A stretch of 60,415 nt of DNA, filler included, from Sphacelaria rigidula (taxonomy: Eukaryota), in assembly GCA_964200075.2 (NCBI GenBank). It is 10 parts of 10 records of this genome, joined end to end, with 100 filler letters (N's around TTAATTAATTAA, not from the genome) between each part and the next. Parts side by side here need not be neighbours in the genome. Positions count along the whole stretch, not along the records: positions 1 to 5,952 come from CAXNAA020023258.1; positions 6,053 to 12,004 come from CAXNAA020023259.1; positions 12,105 to 18,056 come from CAXNAA020023260.1; 7 more parts are not named here. The stretch is one strand, 5' to 3'. How positions within the stretch are numbered: position 1 is the stretch's first letter; each line of letters starts with the position of its first letter. The notes beneath the pieces were generated by a model, which was not told the DNA's origin, made no database searches, and saw only the letters and a program-made list of their open reading frames with translations. Shown here in pieces: positions 1 through 15,086 of this stretch. A program made the translations under genes and the position numbers.

Positions 1-104
<104 letters not shown>

Positions 105-612
105 CAGGGGACAAGGGCATCCTGTCGATGATGACCCTTGCTGTGTAGCCCAGGCCTGATAGTAGAGGGCTGCAGGTGTTTACTCCGAATAATGATAAGG
201 TGTTGAGAAGGCTGACAACGGAGACCTTGAGGCCAGTGGAGCTGGGGAGTCCCTCAACAGCATTTCGACGCTGCAGTATTAGCAACCTGCTAGCGTCACA
301 ATATCGATATTAGTGATAGTGGTGGGAGTGCTAGTAGAGGTTATCGTTTGAGACTGCTGAAATTTTCAGCAGGGAGACGTCTGGACAGCTTGTGATTAGC
401 ATCGGGCATTGAGCTTCACGGACGCGTGAGGAGGCTTCAAGCTGAGGCAGCTGCAAAGGCGGCTGGTCCGTGATTGATCCAGACTGGAGACTTGCTGGAG
501 CTGCGTACAGCGGGTGTATATACGACCCCAGGGCTGTGTTGGAGTGGCGAAGAAAGCAGGTGTGATTTGAATTTCGAGAAGGTTTAACAAATCTTCGATT
601 TTCCGCTCGAAA

Positions 613-1498
613 ATGTCGACCACGGAGGTACCGGCAGTAGAGTCAGCGGAAACAACCGTGACCCCAGTCGTTCTAAGGGAAGAGTTGCGGCCGCCCAGTT
701 ACGGGAGATTGTATCCTGAGGGTGCCTCTAGATCGTTTTACACGAGATACATGGAATACAAAAGGAGGGTGGAGCATGCGAATGCAGGGGGTGCGGTGAG
801 GCATCAGGTGGTTTCGATGGCGAAATTAGTGCCTACCCATCTACAACGCGTCTTCGCGAGAAGGTTTCACGAAAAAAAATACTATAACGCCGCTGCAGTT
901 GGCCGCAGCGATAAAGAAGCACGCAGGGCATGCGGCAGGAGCGGAGGTAGAGCTTACTCAGGCGTCCGCGGCCGTGGCGAAGGCTGTCGCAATGAACCAC
1001 AAGGGGGGGACCATGCGTGAGAAGGTGGAGCCCATAATGGGTAAGTTAGAAACGTATTGTGCGGAAAATCCCAACGCAGAGATGATTTATCGTTCGTCCG
1101 ATGAGAAATTTCGTTCAGGGCCCGCTGCGGTGGTCACCAAAGCGATGGTGGAGGGTCTGGCACCGCCGGAATTTAAGCAGGCCGTGCTCGTACAGATACA
1201 GCACGAAACAAATTGGAAGTCGGACCCGTATTTAGTCATGGATACGGTGGTGGCCGAAGCTCAGGCATGGCGGCGCGTCGATGTATTCGGAAAATCATCA
1301 ACTTCGTCGCCGCAGTCTTCGAGCTCGCGTAACCGCGGATCAAAACCCGCAGGCAGTGCCGCCTCCAATTTTACTTGCTTTCAGTGTAGCCAGGTCGGTC
1401 ACATCGCACGAAATTGCCGAACGCCTCCTGAAGGGGAGTCTGGGCAGACGAGTGCCGCGCGCCCTCACAAAGGGAAAAAGACGAGGTGGTCGTGGTGA
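613..1498 (+). pseudogene. gag: Gypsy gag, frameshifted at the A-run 872-879; mirror copy at 4455-5340 (-)
   Basis: ORF 613-1020 continues in the frame of 899-1498; CCHC knuckle CFQCSQVGHIARNC. Confidence 0.85.
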
Positions 1499-1649
1499 CG
1501 GCAGCGGCGGATCCTCCAGCGGTGGAGGTGCACAGTCGACTTCCCAGCGGCAGCAGTAGCAGCAGTAGCAGCAGCAGGGGCAGCGGCGTCAGCAGGGGTC
1601 CGGTTCTGGGTTCGGTTCAGCCGCAGGGTCTGCTGCTCCGCAACAGCCG

Positions 1650-2585
1650 GTGCAGGTGGGACCGAGCTCTCTAGTGTCGGGCTCGGTGCCGGCGCCGTCG
1701 GCAGCAGAGCAAGGCGAGACGCCGGCTGCGGAACCGGCCGGTTTTCAGCTGCAATTTGGATCGACTGCTGTGCCGGCCGGGGTACTGCTTCAATTTGGTT
1801 CTGCGGGCGGGGCTTCGTACCCGCCGGCGGTGCCGGTGACCCCAGCGGGGGCGTCTCTACCGGCGCCGCACGCGCAGCCGTGGCGCCAAGTGGGGATTAC
1901 GAACAATCAGTCGGCAGAGCAGGTGCCGGTCGAGGACCAAGACAATTATGTCCCTGCCGAGTTATATCTGCCCGATCAACGGGCGCGGGGAGCTATATCG
2001 GTCAAAGCGGTGTTGGATTCATACGCCCACTTCACGAGCATGTCGGTGCTAATAGTGGAGATGTTGGAGCGTTTACTTCCCGGTGAGCAAATCCGAATTC
2101 CGTTCTCGCTCGGGGCGAGGCAGGCCATCACCGCATCGGGGCAACGTATAAATGTGACGGAGCGTACGATTCCCCTACAGTTGGCGTTCCTGACTACTTG
2201 GGGGCCAGCAAAATTACCCCCAGTATCGTTTGCGATCATGCCGGGGACAGATGGTGTCGTTCTGTTGGGCCTACCGACGCTTCAGGGACTCGGAGTCGAT
2301 CGGTATGATCGGTTGTTGGCGTCCCTAAAAACGAAAATGCCGTCGCCCGGATCAAGTGTCGAGACGCCTGCTTTTTGGGCTAGTCGCAGAGTGAGCTTGT
2401 TGGTTGATGCTCTCCAGGAGGCGGGGGGGCAGGTGTCCGAGGAGCGTGATGAGGCGGTGGAACGCTTGGTGGAGCGCAGCCCCGATATGTTTATGGAGCC
2501 GGAGGAAGAAGAGGCCGCACGCAAGGCTGCGCTTGAGGAAAGCGTGACGGATACGGTGGAAAATGGCCTCGGAGTCTCAAAAGCG
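1650..2585 (+). pseudogene. Gypsy linker plus degenerate aspartic protease; mirror copy at 3281-4303 (-)
   Basis: AVLDSYA (D-S-G motif altered) and VVLLGLPTL; lies between gag and RT. Confidence 0.7.
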
Positions 2586-2618
2586 GGCTGCAGTACTAGC
2601 AGACCTGCTAGCGTCACA

Positions 2619-5952
<3,334 letters not shown>

Positions 5953-6052
5953 NNNNNNNNNNNNNNNNNNNNNNNNNNNNNNNNNNNNNNNNNNNNTTAA
6001 TTAATTAANNNNNNNNNNNNNNNNNNNNNNNNNNNNNNNNNNNNNNNNNNNN
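5953..6052. other. Artificial contig spacer N44-TTAATTAATTAA-N44; also at 12005-12104, 18057-18156, 24109-24208, 30161-30260, 36212-36311, 42263-42362, 48314-48413, 54365-54464
   Basis: Nine identical 100-nt spacers with stops in all frames; the intervening contigs are 5952 bp (x5) then 5951 bp (x5). Confidence 0.98.
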
Positions 6053-7189
6053 AAGTGGCGGGCGGCCCGCCGGTCGCCGCATCCTGTTGGAAGCTCTCTA
6101 CTGCGATACGTAGTGCTTGCTACATCAGATGTACACCACCTAATGCGCACCCCGCACCTTGGAACAGACTAGATGAAACTTTCGGTCTTCGTCATAACCC
6201 TGCAGTTACATACGCGGATTTTGAGCAACACTTCACTGTTTCGTTTAGACGCCAGACACGTCATTCCTGACCAGCCTCATTGATCGTTCCGGAGGCCCGG
6301 TCCCAAAAGGGTTAATCCGCTTTCACCACAAGGGTACGCAGGTCATGTGTGTCATGCATCATTTTTGTCCAGGTGAAATCGATGGCGATTTATGCAACAG
6401 ATGGCGAATGCTGGCGGTCAAACGGGTGGGAGTACGAAATATCAGTACCACAGTGGAGTTTACCCTAGTTACGGCGCCATGGAGGCATGACTCATTTTAC
6501 ACTTGGTTTCAATGTAGATAATCATATTTGGGTATTTTCGGGGCTGGCAGTCCCAAGCGCCACCCAGCGTGCGCTCAGCGTCCGCAGCACGCGTGTTGAG
6601 GAGTAGCTAGAACAAAGCATATATTGTCTAATGCTGTAGGGAAGAGTTTGCGACCCTCCTCCCCTTTGCGCGTCCCCTTCCTTGTGAGGATTTGCGTCCG
6701 CTGGCAACGACGCTGTGGAAGTACGCCACTCACTGCGAAAGCTGGACAACAACCAATTTTCCGGGTTTTTTTCGCTTGCCTTTTTTGGCGGTAGCTATAA
6801 TGGTGGTCGAGTCAGATTATTTTTCGCGGTCATGCCGGGCCGGCAACCCACCGCACTATACTGGGACTCCAAGTGCGCGCTATACTCAAACCTCCTCCCC
6901 CGCGGAGATCTTAGTCGCGGGGTTTTATACTACGTGAGACTGATTTTCGTAATATTGGAAGATCGCAGTGGCACAGCGGTCTAACTAGAAAGCCGTAACT
7001 CGTTTTCCACGGCTTTTTGTTTCGATTGGGCATGAGAGGGTGTTTGTGCGCGAAGATTTATTCCACCGCAGCCATTTTTGCAGAGGCAGACCATTTCTGG
7101 TTTTGTGCTTTGTTTCTGTCTTTTTTTCGTCCGTTTTCGTCTTTTTTCCCCTAGTCTACGCCGTCTGTTCCTACCTTCTTGTGTTCTTC

Positions 7190-7303
7190 ACCGTTATTCG
7201 GCGAGTGTTTCCGTTTCGCCTTATCGCGGGTACGTACATCTGTCATGCGACCACGGCTGGATCACTGGGACATCACCTGATGTGCGAAAATCAATTAATC
7301 AAC
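7190..7303 (+). mobile_element. 3' end of an (AATC)n-tailed interspersed repeat (LINE/SINE-like); copies at ~17445-17510 (-) and ~44785-44900 (-)
   Basis: Shared (T/C)CAC(G/A)GCTG...ATGTGCGA(C/A)AATCAAT terminus in three contigs; the 7.2-kb and 44.8-kb copies also share TTCGGCGAG(T/C)GTTTCCGTTTCG. Confidence 0.6.
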
Positions 7304-7468
7304 AGGAGTCAGGGTCCGACCCTTTTACTGGTGTGTGTGAGAGCAAGAGTATGTATGTGTAAGAGTATATGTCTGCGTGTGGTTCCCGCAAGTTAACTCG
7401 GACCTACCCTCACGGTGTGTGTAGCGGGTTAAGGTGAGTGATCACAGTCGCAGGAGCTAGCGGGTTAA

Positions 7469-7566
7469 GCCTCGGACCGCGAGGTTAGTCTTCTGTTGAA
7501 TCGGCATCTATTTCAAGGGAAAAAAAGTATGCATGATCCAGAAAGACTAATCTCGCGGTGTAAGGG
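7469..7566. mobile_element. piggyBac-like MITE (TTAA-flanked)
   Basis: TTAA|GCCTCGGACCGCGAG...CTCGCGGTGTAAGGG|TTAA; internal GAATCGGCATC. Confidence 0.6.
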
Positions 7567-7611
7567 TTAAGGGGAGAGGTCGCAGCAGCTACTCCTGTTT
7601 TCGCGTTTTAT

Positions 7612-7780
7612 CACACCCTGGACAATGGAATACATGATTAAAAAGTGAAATGCGTACAGTATCGACTATTTCGTCTGTTGCAATGAAAAATAGATTCCAT
7701 ACTGTTCGCAGTGCACTTTTTACATATTCCATACTGTACGCAGTATACTTCTTACAATGTAATCTATTGCCCATGGCGTG
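7612..7780. mobile_element. MITE with CACACCCTGGACAA TIR; relatives at 25255-25427, 33718-33846 and a fragment at ~8748-8985
   Basis: TIR pairs CACACCCTGGACAA / TTGTCCA(A/G)GGT(G/A)TG at the 25-kb and 33-kb copies; the 33.7-kb copy aligns internally in reverse to this one. Confidence 0.7.
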
Positions 7781-8025
7781 CACTTCATGTTCTGAGGTTC
7801 GCTTCGCCAGCCACGACAAGAAATTCAGGGGTTAATGGGGTTCGGACGATTTCATGGGTGGCTGGTACGAGTCGGTAGGTGCTATGCGGGGGGGTGTCGC
7901 GGCACTTCGGTGGATGTAGGCAAAGCAACTGCTGTCTATTTACATGAGCGGTACGTCCATTTCTCACCTGCTTCCCGCGTTGTTATCGCTCCGTCTCGAA
8001 AGGGATGCGTAGCCAAGTACCACAG

Positions 8026-8410
8026 CGCCCCGGTGGTGTAATGGTCCGACTGTCGCCATTAAGGTGTGTGGAGAACGGGGGTTCGATTCCCGATGCGTTG
8101 GATTTTTTCTTCGTATGTATGATTCCCACCGTTGAAAGCGTGAGAACGTGAGGGAACAAAGTAGTCGACTGGGTTTGTGTGATGTGAGTTGACGCGGTGC
8201 GGGAGAGCTGACTCCATCCGCGAGACCAAAATGTAAGGCGCGTACCGGGGGAGAGAAGGGTTGATCCCTTGAGACCACGGACTCATCCGGAGGCAGGGGA
8301 GGGTTCAAAGAGGACAAATGAAAAGAAAAGAATAGGCAATGGTCAAACAACTGTAATAAGTCAAGCAACAAGGAAGTATCCCCTCTCCCCCTCTCCCCCC
8401 CCCTCCCCCG
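8026..8410 (+). mobile_element. tRNA-headed SINE-like element; headless relatives at ~23905-24108, ~30650-30880, ~48143-48205
   Basis: Pol III A-box TGGTGTAATGG (8034-8044) and B-box GGTTCGATTCC (8080-8090); body motifs GACGCGGTGCGGGAG, ATCCGCGAGACCA and GACCACGGACTC recur in other contigs. Confidence 0.65.
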
Positions 8411-8444
8411 CGCGTTGTCACATGGTCATATTTTGCGTGTGCAG

Positions 8445-8573
8445 GACGCAGTCGCTGATTAAGGTGGCATGGCCACGCGCGGCCTTGGTGGGCGCGGGCT
8501 TTGGAATCCTGACGGGAGCAGGAATGATGGCCTTCAAGATGAAAACCATCGACCTGGAAGGGCTAGAGGATCG
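8445..8573 (+). CDS. Isolated internal exon of an unknown protein with a hydrophobic segment
   Basis: TGCAG acceptor and GTGAGT donor; open frame TQSLIKVAWPRAALVGAGFGILTGAGMMAFKMKTIDLEGLED. Confidence 0.6.
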
Positions 8574-9063
8574 GTGAGTTGCCACGTCTTTGAGTAGGTT
8601 GGTCGCATTCCGCCCCCACACTCAAACTCTGGGAGAAGCTAACAGTCTGAAGCGACTAACCCCGCAAGCGCTCTCTCGTACATGTACCTTTTGCTGCGCC
8701 TCGATGGTCTCATGGTACAAGTGAAACTCTGAGGCCAAAACATGAATACGCTGGACGAGATGTGGTCGATAGTTGCAATAGAGAATTGTATTGAGTAAAG
8801 TATAGGCCTATTGCAGCTATGGTCGGCTAGGCTGACCCTGTGGTCAATAGTTGCGATCGGGCTATACTGTACGAAGTACGTTTCTTGCATTTCAACTATT
8901 GACTACATATTGTCCGATAACAGTTGCAATAGGCCTATACTTTACGCAGTATATCTCTTTTTGCTGTTGTAGCTCTTGACCACATACTAGGGAGTTTCGG
9001 AAGATGTTGTGCAATGGCTCAGGAAAGCTACAGACTAGTTCAGGCTTATCCCCCAAAAAACAC

Positions 9064-9364
9064 TCATCGGCAAAATCTCACGCCGTTTTGATGAGTTGGA
9101 CCCTGAAAATTTGCACAAATGTCCCATGGGGTATTACGCAACTTCCGAAGGTCGAGGAATTTCGACTTTTCGACCTTTTCACCGTTTTTCGGGGGTCTCA
9201 GTTTTTTTCGGAGAAACATCGATCCAATCGAACCCCCGAAAAACGGTAAAAAAAGCGAAAGTAGAAAAACCCTGTTCATCCAAAGTTGCGTAATGACCCA
9301 CAGTACAGTTGTGCAAAATTCCACTACTTGGAACGGCGTGAGGTTTTTCGCTTCTGCGCGATGA
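9064..9364. mobile_element. Foldback element; related half-copy at ~9590-9800
   Basis: AAAATCTCACGCCGTT/AACGGCGTGAGGTTTT, ATTACGCAACTT/AAGTTGCGTAAT, CCGTTTTTCGGGGG/CCCCCGAAAAACGG. Confidence 0.7.
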
Positions 9365-11324
9365 ACTTTGACGTGCCGTAGTGAAACCGCAAACTACTTG
9401 ATTTTAGTACCATGACGATGTTTTTGGGCCTTCTTTGACGTGAACATGGAAATTCAAGCATTAGCTGATGAAGTTTTGCGACGAAAGTTTGTGGGATTCT
9501 CCTTTGGGTTATGCAGCGACCGCTCCCTCACGAAAAAATGAAGAAAAAAATCGTAGTGCCGGTTTTCTGGGGTCACAAAATGGAGACTACTTCGAAAAAC
9601 GACTTGGATCCCGTCGGATCCCCGAAAAACGGTGAAAAAGTCAAGGAGTAGAAAAAACACCTCGTCCATAGAAATTTGCGTAATGACACATTGCATATTT
9701 GGGAGAAGTTTCAGGGTCTGACTCCCGAGAGCGGCGTGAAGGTTTGCGCGTTTGTGGAGGCGTGGACTTGAAACTTGCAACTCCGAAATACTTGGTTTTA
9801 GTATAGAAACGTCATTTTGGGTGAACTTTACGTCAAGGCGAGATAAACTGTCTGTCTCGAGCTTCTCCACCAAACTTTGTACATGTGTTCCTTGGACTAT
9901 CCCGGGACGCATCATATAAAGAGATATATATATATTATGGGGTATTCTCTACCGCCTTCCGGGGGTCTTCATACCTGGATCCCTGGAAGCCGGTAGAGAA
10001 CGAAAAAACCATGGAATATCGTCAAGAATACACTTTTTTTCCGTTTGGAGCATGAATACCTACTGAACTGCCGAGTTCGAGGGCGATCTGAGCTTTTCTA
10101 CAACAGATGCAGGGAACACCGTCACAAGGCTCCCTGGGTCTCTCGTACGTATCATTAGTGGAAATTAGACGACAACACCCGACATGACCGAAACATCACG
10201 GTTTGCGTATAATTCGACCCCCGTAGTAACCGTTTTGTAATATGTTTTTTTCGCAAGATTCCCGATCCGATGACGGTTGCTTCGATGTTACGCACATGAA
10301 AATTTGGTGAAAATTGGGCTTGGAATTCGTAATTTTGATCTCGGAACAATTTGATGAGCATTGATTGGTTGATACACCTTTTCGCCCTTTGCGCTAGCAC
10401 TATGGCCTTACACACAAATCCGGCTATGTCACGCTCTTCAGCTGTCCATGGCGGTGAGTATGGTATCATGTATGCGACTATTGGGTAGGTATTGCGAAAG
10501 GCATTTGCTGATGACACAATTATGGGTGATGAGCGTTCACCAGCCTGTATACCTTCTCGCTTTTTTGTCCAAGAAATGTACAAAAAATGGTCACAAACAC
10601 CGAAACAGCTAAACATGCCAGTTTGACCGTTTTCGCTCCGGAGTTTTCACGCATATAATTCTGGGGTGCCATTGGCACTCGGGGCTCGAAAAAAAACGGA
10701 AACGAAAAACCTGTTACTCGCAAGATATGGCCACGCGAAAACGAACGTTTCGCCTCCAGAAACCGCCTACCCTCTCTGGGCCATATTTCGCCGAGGTATA
10801 CCTAATATAGGGATTATTTTTCAATCGTACCTTATCTGAGCCACCGATCGGCCGAGAACGTATCTGTGGTTTGCCATCACACTGTACCTGATTGGGCACA
10901 TGGCGCGCAAGGGAGTCTACGCGCCAACTTCAACCATGGCGCCCCCACAGTCGGCTCTTATCCCGCTCATTTGCCGTTCACGGACGCCACAACGACCACG
11001 CCCCTTTCTCTCTGCAAATGGTCACCCGAGACTCTCCGCATCGGCACAATAACTGAAGTCACAACTCACAGCGCGTCGGTGTTTTGTGATCATGTGGGTT
11101 GTGGAACACCGTACTGTTGTGATCCCGGAGCCGGTGTCGGGGTCAAGCTACTTTCTTCCGCCACCAACGGGCGACTATCGCATCATCGATGGTTGGTCCA
11201 AGCAACGGATACAGTACTGGCCGTCACGCATGTAGACAAGGGGACAGAACAGTGACAGCGTTCAGCACTACAGTACAGAGTACCGTGCGCCTAACGAAAA
11301 CACTCGCGGAACGAGGCTGGTTGA

Positions 11325-11528
11325 TCCTCTGACTGCGAGGGTAGGCCACCTGCTGAATCGGCATCAACCTCAATAGGCAAAGTGTGGGTAATCCAGATAG
11401 ATTACCCGCATCGCGGTCTGAGGGTTAACCCTTGGACCGCAATGCGGGTCGTCCATCTGGATCGCCATACTCTTTTCGCGTGAAACTGATGCCAATTCAT
11501 CAGGTCACCTATTGACGCGGTCAAGAGG
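11325..11528. mobile_element. Two opposed piggyBac-like MITE units sharing a central TTAA (11425-11428)
   Basis: AGGG-TTAA-CCCT centre; arms homologous to 7469-7566, including GAATCGGCATC. Confidence 0.55.
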
Positions 11529-11533
11529 TCAAG

Positions 11534-11830
11534 CGTCGTTAAGCTACGTTTTAGAATGGTTGACACAATTCTACAATTATCGCTACACGAACCCTAACCC
11601 CAACCCAACGCATACCGAGAGCCCTCCGGCAAGAGCGGTACGTAGCATTCCCTTGTCAAAGTGCGGCCTCGGTAGACCCCAAATCGGCGCCTGTGGCGCC
11701 GATTCGAACTAGAACGCGTTTCGCGCACGTGAGGAGCACACGGGGCTGTCAGTCCTACTGAAGATCCGATTTTCGCTTTGCACACTCAAATGAAGTATTA
11801 TCAACCATGGACATTTGTATCCCAACGCCC
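11534..11830. mobile_element. MITE with ~30-bp TIR, same family as 19656-19958
   Basis: Reverse-complement alignment to the 19.7-kb copy; right TIR TCAACCATGGACATTTGTATCCCAACGCC. Confidence 0.8.
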
Positions 11831-13699
11831 GCCAACACACCCGTTATGTCTTTCAGGACCGTGAACAGCAATCACCAACGGCCAACGAGAAGTTCAGATT
11901 GTGTCAGCAGAAGATGCGCGAATGACTGAAAGCTGCAAAGAGAGGCAGGACGACATAATTTGTTTTCCTCGCACTTGACGCCCCCCCCCCCCCCCCCCCC
12001 CCCCNNNNNNNNNNNNNNNNNNNNNNNNNNNNNNNNNNNNNNNNNNNNTTAATTAATTAANNNNNNNNNNNNNNNNNNNNNNNNNNNNNNNNNNNNNNNN
12101 NNNNGCTGCCTGTTCCTTCGGTACACGGCCAGGCGGGGCGCCGGCGCCTTGCGAGCCGACTCGTGTTACTGCCGTTCGGTAGTACAGCTGTAGATTGCGT
12201 GCTGCCAAGATATCTTGCTGCATGACCATGCCTTTATACTGTCTATATTGAGCCTGAAGTGAATGATTACTTTTGTGACATGTTTCCCTCGATGGCCACA
12301 CTCGAAGAGAGGCGCGTCGGCGCTTGCTCCAGGCGAGCCACCTTCGCTTGGATATTGTCACCTTACGATCAGGACCATCTTCCGCGCCTGAAACCCTGAA
12401 TATGGTTTATTATCTTCCATTTGCATCATAACATATGATCATATTCAAATACAAACAGTAATCTGTACACGGTAAAAAACTACGACAAAACGGTAAATGC
12501 GCCTCCCTTGACGGTACCGTCGGGAACAAGGAAGAGAGCGCCTATCGACTGGGAGCGGTATCAACAGATTTTTACCATTTTAAAATAGCCAATGTACTCT
12601 CTTATGATTAACGCATATCCCGCGTTGGACTATCGTTTCTCGCTGAATTTCGAAGCTGGCGCGAGATGAGGATACACGAGCACGCGGCAGTGCGCTCATG
12701 ACGGAGCTGCAGCGTCTTTCAATAGTACTTGTACTTTTATGTGAGCTGCTCGCCAGGAATACGGGCGCCCGCGCTGGTGCGCCGCCTGCCCTAGGCGGTA
12801 GGGCTTGCCCAGCGCAAATTAACGGGACCGAGGTCACGGAGAACTAGGGACATCCGACGACGGTGTACGCAAGATGCAAAAGGTGAGTTGATGTCACGAC
12901 ACACTGTCAGTTGTGCTGCACTGCGTTGTATTGTACCCCATTGTGACGTCCAAGATGGCACGCCCAAGATTCGCAGTACTGTAGCTCCGCAAATCTGACT
13001 GGCATAGCCGGGGTTACGGCTGCTTCTACTGAACAGTCGGATCAACACCGAGAAGGTGACCGTTGTAGCAGCAACAGCAGTCTGTGCGGATGTACCGCGT
13101 GTGTATATATACTACGGAGACTCGGCCCGGATAGAAGGTAACACCACCACCCCCCACGCCCCACCGAGTGTACTAGGTGGTCAGACTCTCCGCGGGCAAC
13201 AGACAGTTGCAGGTTATGGGACAGTACGTGGCTCGATTTCGTTTCTGTGGTCTCGGGCAGCAGCGTAACGGTAGTTCCTTCATTTCTCAGAGATCAGCTA
13301 GTGGTGGATTGTGGCATTCACGTGCTGCCTACTCTCAATGTGGCAGAGATTTCGCCTCCTGTCGGATTTTTCAGTCCTGTTGATGGAACACCCACGGTCA
13401 CGTGGAGCATCTGCCCCCTTTGACTGGATCAGAAGTTGGTGAAACGCCTCTTCAGATGAATCCGCTGTGTAAGATCCATGGGTGACGTACTTACTTTACC
13501 TACTGTATCCTCTTCTGAGTTTACCGTCACCGCCTCCTTGTCATTGTTCTCCATCACCTTTCGCACGCCTACTTGTACTCCAAACAAAGACGCCGCATAT
13601 CCGTTGGAGAACGGACAAAAACCCGTAGACGTATCATTCTCGCGCTTCTCGTGTGTGCCCCCCTCTCCGCCACTTCTCTGTCCACCACGAAATTATCAG

Positions 13700-15086
13700 G
13701 TACATGCACCCCGAAGACAACACTATGCGTTTGCCCATCAGCAGGTTTGTCAGCCATGACTACACTGATGGCAACGATGCTGCCGCCCCCCACTGCGGCA
13801 GAGAAAGCCACGCGTTCATCCCGTCGCCTCCGTCGCCCGACCACGTCGCCGATCACGGAACCCCGGAGCCGCTCGTCGTCAACACCCTCAAGGATGATCC
13901 TGCGGGCTCCGTGTCGAGCGGGAGTGGTGGAGGCGGCTCCGCTGCCGGCGGCACGGGTGGTGGTGGCACAGGTACAAACGGCCGCGCCGCGTGTGCAAAT
14001 GCCGACGATGATTCAGTGCTGGGCGTTTCACTCCGCAACAGTGGCGGGGGCGAGGCAAGCAACAGCCCTCCTCTCGGTCCCGACAGCCGCAACGGTGGCG
14101 CCGGCGTCGTCGGTGAAGCCGTCGGTAAAGTGGCGACGATCGCGTCCCCGATAATGGAGATGTATGACGATGAGGTTGATGGCTCGCTACCAAGCACCGG
14201 GGGCGAAGACTGGGTAGGCAGCGGCACAGGCAGTGGAGGTGCAGAAACCAACCCTCCGCCGAGGAAAGGCCTAGCCGATCACTACGGCGGCAGCGCCGGC
14301 GACGCAAGTCACGACTTGGACAACACAGTACCACCATCGGGAATGCCAGAAAGACGGACCCGCGTGCCCGAGAATGGCAACGAGGAGGACAACGAATTGG
14401 GCACCCTGCCCAGTGGCGCTGGCGGGGGCGACTCCGTCGGTACAGGAACGGGCGGCGGCGAGGAAGGCAACAACTACAACGAAGGTGCAGCTGCCGATAT
14501 GGGCCTAGTCGCAGCCGACCATCCGAGGGGAAATGCGGCGGGAGACGGCCATGACATTGCGACGAGGCCTCCCGCAGGCGGAAACGGAGGTGGCTCGCCC
14601 CGCGGAGGCAAATACCACACATATGGCAAGTCGCCCGCGGGCGGAAAGCCGGTCACCGATAACCGCGGCAAGCCGGCGGAGGGAGAGACAGGGAGAACAC
14701 ATGTTGGCGGAATGGAGGACTTGACAGCGATTGGTGGCGATGACGAGGATGTTACGCCGCCGCTGTCTTCGGACGCCGCCGGTGAGGATGAATCGATGGG
14801 CACCCCCTTCGCCCGCAAGCTCCCGGACGGTGATGATTCCGCGGGCGGCGTGTCCAATGGGGGAGGCGGTGGCGGGAGCGCAGGCGGGGGTACGGGCGGC
14901 GGTGGCGCAGGCACCAACGGTTGCATGTCAGGCAGCTACGGTAATGAGATGTTTGTTCCCATTGCTGTGGCGTCCACCGGGTGGGTGTTGACCGCGGTGC
15001 ACGTTGCGTTGTTGCAAGGTGTTGCGTTACGGGCGAAAAGGGCGACGCTGGAGGCCGGTGTGGCACCGACGGTGCTGTGGGGGTGA
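13700..15086 (+). CDS. Large terminal exon: Gly/Asp/Ser-rich low-complexity protein with a C-terminal hydrophobic segment
   Basis: TATCAG acceptor at 13699; ~460 open GC-rich codons ending in TGA; internal duplicated Gly-rich blocks. Confidence 0.7.

Noticed and set aside
5997..6008. TTAATTAATTAA recurring every ~6.05 kb as a periodic motif or piggyBac site
   Set aside because: Always embedded in N44 runs; it is a synthetic stop linker.
8026..8098. Functional tRNA gene
   Set aside because: A and B boxes present but acceptor and anticodon stems do not pair, and the sequence runs into a dispersed repeat.
11588..11612. Telomere or interstitial telomeric array
   Set aside because: Only one exact CCCTAA plus degenerate units, inside a MITE.
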